DNA of 48,019 bases from Rhizomicrobium sp. (GTDB lineage: Bacteria > Pseudomonadota > Alphaproteobacteria > Micropepsales > Micropepsaceae). The stretch is taken from the NCBI GenBank assembly GCA_035262545.1, contig DATFSP010000121.1, forward strand, positions 1-48,019, read 5' to 3'. Positions 1-9,463 of the stretch are shown here, in pieces. How positions within the stretch are numbered: position 1 is the first letter of the stretch; every line of letters begins with the position of its first letter. Under the pieces are notes generated by a model. It was not told the DNA's origin. It was given only the letters and a program-made list of their open reading frames with translations, and made no database searches. A program made the translations under genes and the position numbers.

Positions 1-131
1 GGGGCATTCTGGTGGCCTTGGCAGCCCGGTTCGGCTTACCGGTGCATTTCATCGGCGTGGGTGAAGGCGAAACTGATTTGCAGCCCTTCGATGCCCAGGC
101 TTTCGCCCAAGCACTTATAGGAACGGCATGA
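1..131 (+). CDS. ftsY: Signal recognition particle receptor FtsY, C-terminal fragment (runs off window start)
   Basis: Frame from base 3 reads GILVALAARFGLPVHFIGVGEGETDLQPFDAQAFAQALIGTA*, the SRP-GTPase C-terminal motif (P.FIGVGE...DL.PF). TGA at 129-131 overlaps the next ATG. Confidence 0.9.
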   Translation, partial: GILVALAARFGLPVHFIGVGEGETDLQPFDAQAFAQALIGTA

Positions 132-676
132 ATCCGCAAGCCCGTCGTCTTTTGCTCGATCTCGGGCCACTGTTTCTCTTCTTCTTGTCTTTCGAATTCG
201 CCGACATTTTTTGGGCGACCGGGATTTTCATGGCCGCGGTGCTGGCGGCGCTGGCCGTCGCATGGCATCTGGAGAAACGGTTGTCGCCCATACCCATGAT
301 CACCGCGGTGCTGGTGATGATCTTCGGCGGCCTTACGCTTTATCTGCGCAATGACGTCTTCATCAAGATGAAGCCCACGGTTCTTTACACGATTTTTGGG
401 GTGACGCTGATTGGCGGACTATCGTTCAATCGACTCTTCATTAAGTACGTCTTCACCGAAGCCTTCGACCTCACGGAAAAAGGTTGGCGCGGCCTCACCT
501 GGCGTTGGGGCATTTTCTTCCTGTCACTGGCCGCGATCAATGAAGCGGTATGGCGCAACACTTCAACCGCTACCTGGGTTTCATTCAAGGTATGGGGCAT
601 CATGTCCTTGATATTTTTGTTTGCGCTGGCACAGACCCCCTTTCTGCTCAAACATCATATCAATCCGGAAAGCTGA
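128..676 (+). CDS. yciB: Inner membrane protein YciB / intracellular septation protein A (IspZ)
   Basis: Motifs DLGPLFLFF, FGGLTLYL.NDVFIKMKPT, W.GLTWRW, NEAVWR, WVSFKVWG; usual position after ftsY. Confidence 0.92.
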   Translation: MNPQARRLLLDLGPLFLFFLSFEFADIFWATGIFMAAVLAALAVAWHLEKRLSPIPMITAVLVMIFGGLTLYLRNDVFIKMKPTVLYTIFGVTLIGGLSFNRLFIKYVFTEAFDLTEKGWRGLTWRWGIFFLSLAAINEAVWRNTSTATWVSFKVWGIMSLIFLFALAQTPFLLKHHINPES

Positions 677-1011
677 GGGCGCCCGACGCTGAAGACGGTC
701 GTGGCTCATTCCGCCTAGGGAATATCCTCGCCCGCAATAGATATGCGGATCTGTGTCGCACACACAACGCTTTGTATCGTCTTGTGATTTGAGCTGCAGT
801 AGTCGCGACACAAAAGGTGATGGAACGTCACAGCGACCGGGAAACAAAATATCCTATACGCGAAAAATGGCGGACTTCGCTGCACAAAATATTTTTTGCA
901 CTGGCGTTAAGACACGCATTGCTGTTTAGTGCGCCATTCATCAACGGCTCTGGCATCCACATCGCCTTGTAGGACCGTATCTTGCGTCCATATCATTCTG
1001 GGGGTCATTCA

Positions 1012-1527
1012 ATGTTCAAGGGTCAGCGCAAGGCGAACGGAGGCTTTGACTTGTCCGATGCGCCGTCGCACCTGATCCGCCGCTGCCAGCAATTCTATGG
1101 CGACCTTTATGCTCGTGAAGCGGGTTCGAGCGAACTTACCAAGCAACAATTCACTTTGTTGTGCGCGCTGGAGCATAATGAAGGCGCGAGCCAGACCACT
1201 TTGGTGGAAATCACTGGGATTGACCGCTCTACTCTGGCGGAGATGGTGCGCCGCATGCTGGAGCGGGGCCTGCTGTCCAGGGAGCGGACAGAGGAGGACC
1301 AGCGCGCCAATGCCATCGCCTTGTCACCCAATGGCCGAAAGGCGCTGCGCGGCGCGCGCAATGCCGCCGATCGGGCGGAGCGCGCCCTGCTCGATGCTCT
1401 GCCTGCGCCCGAGCGGCAGAAATTCGTGAGATCTCTCTCCCAAATTGCCTCGGCTGCTGAGGCTTACGCTGCAAATGGAACAGCGAAAGTCCACAAGGCA
1501 GGCCGCCGGAACGGCAAGCGGATCTGA
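1012..1527 (+). CDS. MarR-family transcriptional regulator
   Basis: PSHLIRR, LTKQQF.LL.AL, SQT.LV..TGIDRSTLAEMVRRM..RGLL.R.R..EDQRA winged helix. ATG 1012 follows GGGGG and is preferred over TTG 982. Confidence 0.88.
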   Translation: MFKGQRKANGGFDLSDAPSHLIRRCQQFYGDLYAREAGSSELTKQQFTLLCALEHNEGASQTTLVEITGIDRSTLAEMVRRMLERGLLSRERTEEDQRANAIALSPNGRKALRGARNAADRAERALLDALPAPERQKFVRSLSQIASAAEAYAANGTAKVHKAGRRNGKRI

Positions 1528-1571
1528 TCCTTAACGTGGAGCCAAAAGGCCCCTTGGTCGGGGACAAGCCC

Positions 1572-2117
1572 TCAGGTCGCCTGCTTGGCTTTGTCGATTT
1601 CCGGCAATAATTGCTTGGTCAAGGCATCGGCCGTGAGCCCCCCCACCAGCTTGAACCGCACGATACCCTTGCCGTCCACTACATAAGTTTCGGGAACGCC
1701 ATAGACACCCCAATTAATTCCCGTCGCGCCATGGGGGTCGACAACAATGCGTGAAAAAGGATCGCCCAGCTCATTCAAGAAGGCACGCCCGGCACCGGGC
1801 TGGCGCTCTTCATAATCCACGCCATAAAGCGTAATGCCTGGCATCTTGGAAAGCGCCATTAACTGTGCGCTCTCCATCCGGCAGGGTACGCACCAGCTGG
1901 CGAAAAAATTAATCACAGTGACGTGACCCAAAGCGAGATCGGCGCGGGAGAAGCCCGGTTTTATTGCGTCCATTGCGGTGGGGCCGATTTCGGGCGCGGA
2001 TTTGTCGATCAATGCCGAGGGCAAGACATCAGGGGCCTGGCCACTAAGGCTGCGGAAGAGAAAGACGGCCAATATCAAAAACGCCGCCACCGGCACGGCA
2101 TAAATCCAGCGGGTCAT
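1572..2117 (-). CDS. ccmG: Thiol:disulfide interchange protein CcmG/DsbE
   Basis: NFFASWCVPCR thioredoxin motif, WGVYGVPETYVVDGKG, N-terminal anchor from MTRWIY (ATG 2117 overlaps the ccmD stop). Confidence 0.93.
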   Translation of the reverse strand: MTRWIYAVPVAAFLILAVFLFRSLSGQAPDVLPSALIDKSAPEIGPTAMDAIKPGFSRADLALGHVTVINFFASWCVPCRMESAQLMALSKMPGITLYGVDYEERQPGAGRAFLNELGDPFSRIVVDPHGATGINWGVYGVPETYVVDGKGIVRFKLVGGLTADALTKQLLPEIDKAKQAT

Positions 2118-2269
2118 TGCTTGTCCTCTTCCAGCGCGGCCAGCCGCTTTTGGGCCGCGCGCCAGGCGGCCCAGCTTTGCCAGACCATCGCCGCCAAGCC
2201 CAGCAGGGAAACGCCATAGGCGGGCCATATGAAGGCACCATAGCCCCCCATCGCGAAAAAGCTCGTCAC
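2114..2269 (-). CDS. ccmD: Heme exporter protein CcmD
   Basis: GTG start overlapping the ccmC stop (GTGA); FFAMGGYGAFIWPAYG signature, one TM segment, basic tail. Confidence 0.88.
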   Translation of the reverse strand: MTSFFAMGGYGAFIWPAYGVSLLGLAAMVWQSWAAWRAAQKRLAALEEDKQ

Positions 2270-2973
2270 GCCGCCTCGCCCCGTTGCATTAATGATCGGG
2301 CGCGGCGAGCGACGATTTCCGTGCGGATGCGGACCATCCAGAGCGCAGCGAAAGTCAGCATATAGCCCAGCGCCATGGTCAGGAGCGGCCAAAGAAAGAC
2401 CGGTGCAATCTGGCCGGAGAGGATGCTTTCGCCCTGGTGAAGGGTGTTCCACCAATCGACAGAGAATTTAATGATGGGAAGATTGACCGCGCCCACCAGA
2501 GCAAGAATTGCGGCGGCGCGCGCCGCGCGGGTTTCATCCTCGATCGCATTCCAGAGTGCGATATAGCCGAGATAGAGGAACAGAAGCAGCAGGAAGCTGG
2601 TCAGTCGCGCGTCCCAGACCCAATAGGCGCCCCACATCGGCCGTCCCCACAAGGATCCCGTAATCAGGCCTAAAGCCGTGAACACGGCGCCCAAAGGCGC
2701 GGCGGCACGCGCCGCGGTATCCGCCAATGGATGGCGCCAAACCAGAGAGAAAATGGAAGCGACCGCGATGAGGGCATAAGCCGACTCCGCCACGATAGCG
2801 GCCGGCACATGCACGAACATGATAGTAACCGTCATGCCTTGCTGATAATCCGGCGGCACGCGGAAACCCAGGATCGTTCCGGACACCAGCGCGACCACCG
2901 CGAAAAGAGACACCCAAGGCAAAAGCGCGCCCGAAAGACGCATGAATTGGGCAGGATTGGCATAGCGGAACAT
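2266..2973 (-). CDS. ccmC: Heme exporter / heme chaperone loader CcmC
   Basis: GSLWGRPMWGAYWVWDARLT (WWD motif), HVPAA, SVDWWNTLHQ. Confidence 0.95.
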   Translation of the reverse strand: MFRYANPAQFMRLSGALLPWVSLFAVVALVSGTILGFRVPPDYQQGMTVTIMFVHVPAAIVAESAYALIAVASIFSLVWRHPLADTAARAAAPLGAVFTALGLITGSLWGRPMWGAYWVWDARLTSFLLLLFLYLGYIALWNAIEDETRAARAAAILALVGAVNLPIIKFSVDWWNTLHQGESILSGQIAPVFLWPLLTMALGYMLTFAALWMVRIRTEIVARRARSLMQRGEAA

Positions 2974-3002
2974 AGGCTTAAGTATATTCCTTTTTGTTCA
3001 CC

Positions 3003-3671
3003 CTACCCTGCGAGATTAAGCCTCACACACGCGGCGGTGACGAAGGGCGAAAGCAGAACCGCCGCCAACGAAAAAGCACCCAGCAGGCCCAAAGCGCCAT
3101 TGGCAAGCCCATCCAGCGCTGCGCTAACCGCGCCCGCGCCAAAGATCACCACCGGGACCAAAAGCGGCAAGATGAGCAGAGGCAGAATTAGGCCGCCTCG
3201 CTTGAGCGAGAGGGTCAGGCTGGCGCCGATCGCGCCCACCGCACTCACCGCAGGCGTTCCGATCAAAAGCGAGAGCATAAGCATCGCGGTGCCCCGACCG
3301 GGGAGGCCGAAAAACAACGCCAACAGGGGCGACAACAGCGTGAGCGGCAAGCCGGTGGACAGCCAATGGGCGAGGAATTTGGCCAGCGCCACCTGTTCCA
3401 ACGACAGAGGCGACAAGGCGATCAGGTCCAGGCTGCCGTCGTCGAAATCTCCTTGGTACAGGCGATCCAACGAAAGCAATGCCGCCAGCACCGCACCAAC
3501 CCACAAAACGCCCGCGGCAACCCTCGCCAAAAGGCGCAAATCCGCGCCGACGCCTAAGGGCACCAAGGTCGCCATCAAAGCGAAGAAAGCCAAAGCCAGC
3601 GCGGCGCTGCCACCAGAGCGGGCGGCGAGCTTCAAATCGCGCACCAATAAACTCGCAAAGGCGGGGCTCAT
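3003..3671 (-). CDS. ccmB: Heme exporter permease CcmB
   Basis: LLSLDRLYQGDFDDGSLDLI, K.LAHWL.TGLPL, LLILPL.VPVVIFG. Confidence 0.94.
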   Translation of the reverse strand: MSPAFASLLVRDLKLAARSGGSAALALAFFALMATLVPLGVGADLRLLARVAAGVLWVGAVLAALLSLDRLYQGDFDDGSLDLIALSPLSLEQVALAKFLAHWLSTGLPLTLLSPLLALFFGLPGRGTAMLMLSLLIGTPAVSAVGAIGASLTLSLKRGGLILPLLILPLLVPVVIFGAGAVSAALDGLANGALGLLGAFSLAAVLLSPFVTAACVRLNLAG

Positions 3672-4282
3672 GCCGCCCCCAGGCGCAGCGACCGCGCGTG
3701 AAACCCGAACGGATCATGGCTGGCGGCGACTACGATTCCGCCTGCTATGCAATGGGCTTGCATCAGCTCCACGGCCAGGGCGCGCCCATTCTTGTCTAGT
3801 GCCGCGAACGGTTCGTCCAGGAGCCATAGGGGCCTTGCCGCCACTATCAACCGTGCGAGCCCTAAGCGTTTCTTCTGACCAGCGGAGAGATAGCGGCAAG
3901 GAAGCAGCCGCTGACGCCAAAGCCCCACCCGCTCCAGTAGCGGTTCGAGGGCGGCTTCCGCGCCGTAAAGACGGGCAAAAAATTCCAGCTGCTCGCGCAA
4001 ATTCAACTGCGGCTTGATGCCGTCCTGATGGCCCAGCCAGCCTACAAAGCGACCGCGCTCTTCACCATCGCTGACCGCCCGCTGATCGGTGGCGATCCGG
4101 ACAAATCCCATGGTCGGTGGCAGAAAGCCGGCAATCAGGCGCAACAGCGAAGTCTTGCCCACGCCATTGGCGCCTTCCACCACCAGCGCTTCGCCAGCCG
4201 TCACCGTGAAGTCCAGATCGGCGAATAATTGCCGGTCGCCGCGCGTCAAGGCGAGCTTTTCGGCGGTGAGAGAAACAATCAT
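3668..4282 (-). CDS. ccmA: Heme ABC exporter ATPase CcmA
   Basis: Walker A GANGVGKT, LGHQDGIK, LSAGQKKR signature, LWLLDEP. Confidence 0.94.
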   Translation of the reverse strand: MIVSLTAEKLALTRGDRQLFADLDFTVTAGEALVVEGANGVGKTSLLRLIAGFLPPTMGFVRIATDQRAVSDGEERGRFVGWLGHQDGIKPQLNLREQLEFFARLYGAEAALEPLLERVGLWRQRLLPCRYLSAGQKKRLGLARLIVAARPLWLLDEPFAALDKNGRALAVELMQAHCIAGGIVVAASHDPFGFHARSLRLGAA

Positions 4283-4311
4283 GGCTTGCGTATCTAACCC
4301 GCGGACGCGGA

Positions 4312-5034
4312 TCAGTACATATGTTGGCCGCCGTTGATGGAGACAGTGGAGCCGGTGATGAAACCCGCATCGTCATGCACCAAAAACAGCACGCCACGCG
4401 CGATTTCATGGGCCTTTCCCAGGCGCTTGACGGGGATGCGGGCCACAATCTTGTCCAGCACGTCACTAGGCACCGCCGCCACCATGTCGGTGTCGATATA
4501 GCCGGGCGCAATGGCGTTCACCGTGATCCCTTTGGCGGCGCCCTCCTGGGACAGCGCCTTGGTGAAACCATGGATGCCGGATTTGGCGGCGGCATAATTT
4601 ACTTGGCCATATTGGCCTGCCTGGCCGTTGATCGAACCGATATTGACGATGCGGCCGAAACCTCTAGCCAGCATGCCGTCCCATACCGCCTTACACATGT
4701 TGAAGCAGCCGCCCAGATTCGTGTCCAGCACTTGATCCCAGGATTCGCGGATCATTTTTTTCATGGTGGCGTCGCGGGTGATGCCGGCATTGTTGACTAC
4801 AATCTCGACGGGACCGAGCTGCGCTTCGACCTTGGCAATGCCCGATATGCAATCCTCGAACACCGAAACGTCCCATTTGAAAGCCGGAATGCCGGTTTTG
4901 TTGCTGAAGCCCTTGGCGCGTTCCTCATTGCCGGCATAATTGGCTGCGACTTCATAGCCGGCATCCTTCAAGGCCACCGAAATCGCCTCGCCGATGCCGC
5001 GCGTCCCCCCCGTAACCACCGCCACTCTCGTCAT
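4312..5034 (-). CDS. phaB: Acetoacetyl-CoA reductase (PHB synthesis)
   Basis: SDR fold: TGGTRGIG, NNAGITRD, SINGQAGQYGQVNYAAAK, GFITGST.SINGGQHM; next to the thiolase and phaR. Confidence 0.94.
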   Translation of the reverse strand: MTRVAVVTGGTRGIGEAISVALKDAGYEVAANYAGNEERAKGFSNKTGIPAFKWDVSVFEDCISGIAKVEAQLGPVEIVVNNAGITRDATMKKMIRESWDQVLDTNLGGCFNMCKAVWDGMLARGFGRIVNIGSINGQAGQYGQVNYAAAKSGIHGFTKALSQEGAAKGITVNAIAPGYIDTDMVAAVPSDVLDKIVARIPVKRLGKAHEIARGVLFLVHDDAGFITGSTVSINGGQHMY

Positions 5035-5058
5035 GTCGTGCTCCCTTCATTTGCGCCG

Positions 5059-5373
5059 TCAGACGCTGCCCTTCTTTTCCACTACCAGAATCCGCGCCTG
5101 GCCGACAGGATGAGCGACATGCTCGTCGCCGCTTTCGGCGGCCATGATGTCCCCCGCCAGAAGGCGTTGGACTTTCTCGGTTCCGTCCGCGCGATAATGC
5201 ATGTCGATCACACCATCGAGCACGGCAAAGACTTCGCAGCCATCATTGACGTGCCAGACATAGGGCTGGTCGGTCCAATGCAATCGTACACCGGCGCCTT
5301 CGATCTCGGCGATTTCGCAAGCGCCCCACGCCTTGGCGGCGGTAAATGTCTTGGTGTCCAGATAAAACTTCAC
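5059..5373 (-). CDS. Small cupin-domain protein
   Basis: [25 protein letters not shown] and G.EHVAHP.G.ARILVVE cupin motifs; GTG start overlaps the phaA stop. Confidence 0.82.
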   Translation of the reverse strand: MKFYLDTKTFTAAKAWGACEIAEIEGAGVRLHWTDQPYVWHVNDGCEVFAVLDGVIDMHYRADGTEKVQRLLAGDIMAAESGDEHVAHPVGQARILVVEKKGSV

Positions 5374-6542
5374 CGTTCGACGCACATGGCGATGCCCATG
5401 CCGCCGCCGATGCAAAGGGTCGAAAGGCCCTTCTTGGCACCGCGCTTTTCCATCTCATACAGCAGGGTCACCAGCACCCGGGCGCCGCTGGCGCCGATGG
5501 GATGGCCTATGGCGATCGCGCCGCCATTCACATTCACTTTCGCCGTGTCCCAGCCCATGTCTTTATTGACGGCGCAGGCCTGAGCGGCGAAGGCCTCATT
5601 GGCTTCAATCAAATCGAGATCGGCGGCCCGCCAGCCTGCCTTCTCGAGCGCCCTTCGCGAGGCGGGAATGGGGCCCGTGCCCATCACCTTGGGATCAACA
5701 CCAGCTTGCGCCCAACTCGCAATACGGGCCAAGGGCGTCAGCCCGCGCGCGGAAGCATCCTTGGCGCTCATCAAGACCAGGGCGGCGGCGCCGTCATTGA
5801 TGCCCGAGGCATTGCCCGCAGTCACGGTGCCATCCTTGGCAAAAGCCGGCTTCAAGCCGGCCGTGGTCTCGTAGGTTGCGCCATCGCGGATATATTCGTC
5901 GCTGTTCACAACCGTGTCACCCTTGCGGCTTTTCACGGTAACAGGCGCGATCTCGTCCTTGAAGCGGCCGGATTTCCTGGCCACTTCGGCTTTGTTCTGA
6001 GAGGCGACGGCGAAACGGTCTTGTTCTTCGCGGGTAATCTGCCATTCGCGTGCCACATTCTCGGCGGTGTTGCCCATATGGTAGCCGTTGAAGGCGTCCC
6101 ACAATCCATCCTTGATCATGGTGTCGATGAGATTGAGGTCGCCCATTTTCTGGCCGGCGCGAAGGTAGGCTGCATGGGTCGACTGGCTCATGGATTCCTG
6201 GCCGCCCGCTACCACGATGCGGCTGTCCCCATTCTTGATAGCTTGCGCGCCAAGTGCCACCGCCCGAAGCCCGGACCCGCACACCATGTTGATGCCCCAC
6301 GCAGGCGTGGTGATGGGAATGCCTGCCGCGATGGCCGCCTGGCGCGCGGGGTTTTGTCCCTGCGCCGCCGTCAACACCTGGCCTAGAATCGCTTCGCTCA
6401 CCTCGCTGTGCTCGACGCGCCCGCGCGCCAACGCTGCTTCGATTACGACCCGCCCCAATTGATGCGCCGGCAAAGTCGCGAATGCTCCGTTGAACGCTCC
6501 CACGGGCGTCCGCGCGCCCGAAACAATCACCACATCTTCCAC
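5370..6542 (-). CDS. phaA: Acetyl-CoA C-acetyltransferase (beta-ketothiolase)
   Basis: [32 protein letters not shown] thiolase motifs; GTG 6542 follows GAGG. Confidence 0.95.
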   Translation of the reverse strand: MEDVVIVSGARTPVGAFNGAFATLPAHQLGRVVIEAALARGRVEHSEVSEAILGQVLTAAQGQNPARQAAIAAGIPITTPAWGINMVCGSGLRAVALGAQAIKNGDSRIVVAGGQESMSQSTHAAYLRAGQKMGDLNLIDTMIKDGLWDAFNGYHMGNTAENVAREWQITREEQDRFAVASQNKAEVARKSGRFKDEIAPVTVKSRKGDTVVNSDEYIRDGATYETTAGLKPAFAKDGTVTAGNASGINDGAAALVLMSAKDASARGLTPLARIASWAQAGVDPKVMGTGPIPASRRALEKAGWRAADLDLIEANEAFAAQACAVNKDMGWDTAKVNVNGGAIAIGHPIGASGARVLVTLLYEMEKRGAKKGLSTLCIGGGMGIAMCVER

Positions 6543-6770
6543 GTCAAAACCTCGAGGCTTAACTTCATTGGCAAAATGCCGCGAATGCGAGGTTTGGTAA
6601 ACAGCGTTGAATTTTTCCAGCCCTGCCAATGGATTATTGACGTTTTTGCCAGCCTGCCGATGCTGCGGATGCTAAAATCGCGCTGGACGGGCCCCGCGCC
6701 ATGATATTGTCTTTTGCCGTATCAGCCCCAAAGTCGGCGGGGCGCGCAGCATCAGCTTAGCGGGGAACGC

Positions 6771-7355
6771 GTGTCAGAAGAAAAGACCAAGGATGAGCCG
6801 GTCATCATAAAGAAATATGCGAACCGGCGCCTCTACAATACCCAGACCTCGAGCTATGTGACGCTCGATCACTTGGCGGGAATGGTAAAGGACGGGACCG
6901 AATTCGAGGTCCAGGATGCACGCACGGGCGAGGACATCACCCGCTCGGTCCTGACCCAGATCATCTTCGAAGAAGAGGCCAAGGGGCAGAATCTGCTGCC
7001 CATCAAATTCCTGCGCCAGTTGATCCGTTTCTACGGCGATAGCCTTCAGGCTTTCGTGCCCGGCTATCTCGACATGAGCATGGAGAGTTTCACAAAGAAC
7101 CAAGGTGCCATGCGCGATCGCATCGCGGAGGCGATGGGCGGCGGCAACCAGATGATCGAGAATCTCACGCGGCAGAATCTTGCTATGTTCGAGCGGGCGA
7201 TGCAGATGTTCTCGCCTTTTGGCGTCACTTCGCCCGGCCGCAAGACCGGGGAGCCGGCGGAAGAAAAACCAAGCTCAAGCGATGTGGAGGCGCTCAAGCG
7301 CGAGATGGAAGCGATGCGGCGGCAGATCTCCGAGCTTAGTCAGCGGAACAAATAG
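6771..7355 (+). CDS. phaR: Polyhydroxyalkanoate synthesis repressor PhaR (AniA)
   Basis: IIKKYANRRLYNT.TSSYVTL, DARTGEDITRSVLTQIIFEEE, FLRQLIRFYG; divergent from phaA. Confidence 0.95.
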   Translation: MSEEKTKDEPVIIKKYANRRLYNTQTSSYVTLDHLAGMVKDGTEFEVQDARTGEDITRSVLTQIIFEEEAKGQNLLPIKFLRQLIRFYGDSLQAFVPGYLDMSMESFTKNQGAMRDRIAEAMGGGNQMIENLTRQNLAMFERAMQMFSPFGVTSPGRKTGEPAEEKPSSSDVEALKREMEAMRRQISELSQRNK

Positions 7356-7358
7356 TTC

Positions 7359-9059
7359 TTAGCTCAGCGACCAGGTGGGTTTGAGATCGGGCTCGCCGAA
7401 ATAGTAGCCCTGAAAGTAATCGACGCCAAAGCTTTCAAGAAGGGCTGCGTCTTGGTCCGAGCCCACCCATTCCGCCACCACTTTCATGTCGAAATTCTTG
7501 GCCAGTCCAGTGAGCGTGCGGACGAAGACCTGGTTTTCCAGGCTTGCCGACAGGTTCTTGACATAAGAGCCGTCGATCTTGACCACATCGACATGCATCA
7601 ATTGCAGATTGCGGAACGAGGTATAGCCGGCCCCGAAATCGTCGATCGCCACCTTGACGCCCAGGTCGCGCAGTTGCGAGACGAAATGGGCGTTCTCTTC
7701 GAATTGCGAAAGCGACGCGGTCTCGGTCAGTTCCACCTGGAGCCGGCTCGCCACCTGGCTGTGGCTCTTGACGTAATCCACAAAGCCCTGGAGCCAGGCA
7801 GGGTCTGAGGCCGCGGTGCCCGAGACATTGACGCTCAATACCAGGCCCGAATGCCTTGCCAGCGCGTCCACTGCGGTTTCGAGCGCGAACCGGTCCACCA
7901 AGTGGACAATACCCATCTGTTCGGCGGCGGGCACGAAATAGCCGGCATTCATCACCTTGCCGTCGGGGCGCAGCATGCGCAGCAGGCATTCATAATGGGT
8001 GGCCCGCCGGCTGCCCGCTTCTATAATGGGCTGATAGGCGATCCGGATACGATCCTCTTTCAAAGCCTGCACGACCTCGTCGGCAATGCCCATCTGCCTG
8101 AGGCGAGCGGTCTCGCGCTGCCGGGATTCCGCATAGACCGCAAAGCCGTCACGGCCGTTGGCGCGGGCCCGTTCCAGAGCCTGCTCGGCGCGAAGCATCG
8201 CATCCTGGCTGTTGGCCGCGGCCAAGGGCAGCCACACCGCACCGACCGAAATGGTGGCGAACACTTTGCCGGCCTTCGTGTCGATGGCATGATCGCGCAC
8301 CGCCCGTTTCAGCCTAGTTGCAACACTCGCGATTTCGCTTTCCGTGCAATTTCTGAGGATCACGCCAAACTTATTGCCGGCTGTGCGGCCGATAACGTCG
8401 TTGACGCGCAGGCTTTTGGCCACCCGCTCGCCTACGCCCACGATGACTTCATCACCAGCATCAAAACCGTAACCATCATTGATCATGGCCAGCCGGTCTA
8501 TCGAAGCGACCAGGATGGCACAGTTCCGGTTTTCCTGCATTGCTCGAGAGATAACCAGCTGAAGCTCGATACGAAGCGCGTTGCGATTGAGATGGCCGGT
8601 CAACTCATCGCGGGTGGCAAGATAGGTAAGCCGCTGTATCTCACGCTGCTTTTCAGTTGTCTCCCGGAGCATGCCGATCATCCGTTCGGCGCGGCCTTCA
8701 CTGTCGGCCACACGTGTGCCCGCAAACGTGAACCCCACCGCACCCAAGGCCGAGGCCACTTCCAGGTTAAGCTCGAATTGCGAGGAATTGGGCGAGCGGC
8801 CTTCGAGAAGCGCGGTCAGTTCGTCCCGGCTTGCGCGCGTCAGGGTCTCAAGCAGCGGCTGCGCGGTGCCACTTTCCGTCGAAAAGGGGAGAATATCCGT
8901 GGCGCCATCCCATTGGACGCGGTCGTCGGCGACTTGCCAGTCCATCACCACCACGCGGGCGGCCTGCGACGCCAACCGGAGCCGTGCATTCTCATGGACG
9001 GCGCCCATTTGGGCGCGCGCGTCCATTCCTTTATGCAGCGTCTTCTGAAGCAAATCCAC
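7359..9059 (-). CDS. PAS-like/GGDEF/EAL protein, probable c-di-GMP phosphodiesterase
   Basis: DELTGHLNR, INDGYGFDAGD, degenerate active site AGNKF; EAL domain with ECLLR, ELTE, DDFGAGYTS, KIDGSYV, VAEWV, QGYYF. Confidence 0.9.
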   Translation of the reverse strand: MDLLQKTLHKGMDARAQMGAVHENARLRLASQAARVVVMDWQVADDRVQWDGATDILPFSTESGTAQPLLETLTRASRDELTALLEGRSPNSSQFELNLEVASALGAVGFTFAGTRVADSEGRAERMIGMLRETTEKQREIQRLTYLATRDELTGHLNRNALRIELQLVISRAMQENRNCAILVASIDRLAMINDGYGFDAGDEVIVGVGERVAKSLRVNDVIGRTAGNKFGVILRNCTESEIASVATRLKRAVRDHAIDTKAGKVFATISVGAVWLPLAAANSQDAMLRAEQALERARANGRDGFAVYAESRQRETARLRQMGIADEVVQALKEDRIRIAYQPIIEAGSRRATHYECLLRMLRPDGKVMNAGYFVPAAEQMGIVHLVDRFALETAVDALARHSGLVLSVNVSGTAASDPAWLQGFVDYVKSHSQVASRLQVELTETASLSQFEENAHFVSQLRDLGVKVAIDDFGAGYTSFRNLQLMHVDVVKIDGSYVKNLSASLENQVFVRTLTGLAKNFDMKVVAEWVGSDQDAALLESFGVDYFQGYYFGEPDLKPTWSLS

Positions 9060-9463
9060 CGTCCCGGCCCTTTGGCCTTACCCGTGGATCAGTATGGGGG
9101 AGCACCGCTTAAAAAAGACGTAAGCGAATTAAGACACGGGCAATGGCGTGGGCTTTGGGTTCTACGTATCCATGAGCCTAATCGGCCCTATCGTTTCGTC
9201 TTCGACCAATGCGGCTAGAGCGGCCGCGAAGCGCGCCCCGCAACTCTCGAAAAACCAAATCCAACAGTGGCTTGCACGTCAGCCTAAGGGAGCGGACTGA
9301 CCCGCCGGCGCAAAGCGCACAACAACAGCTGGTTGAGGCAGTGCTCCATTCCGGAACAGACGTTGATGTCCCGTTCCGGCACGCGCAGGTGGATATGTGC
9401 TCTACACCTGCTTTCATCACCCAATTACTGGGCCAACTTATGCCAGAGCCGGAGCAGAAATTT

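Noticed and set aside
950-965. Sigma-54 promoter TGGCATCCACATCGC before the MarR gene
   Set aside because: Spacing fits but the match is weak (no TGGCAC, no TTGC) and could arise by chance.
9278-9345. c-di-GMP-I riboswitch upstream of the GGDEF-EAL gene
   Set aside because: CGCAAAGC and CCTAAGG occur in the wrong order and on the strand opposite to the gene.
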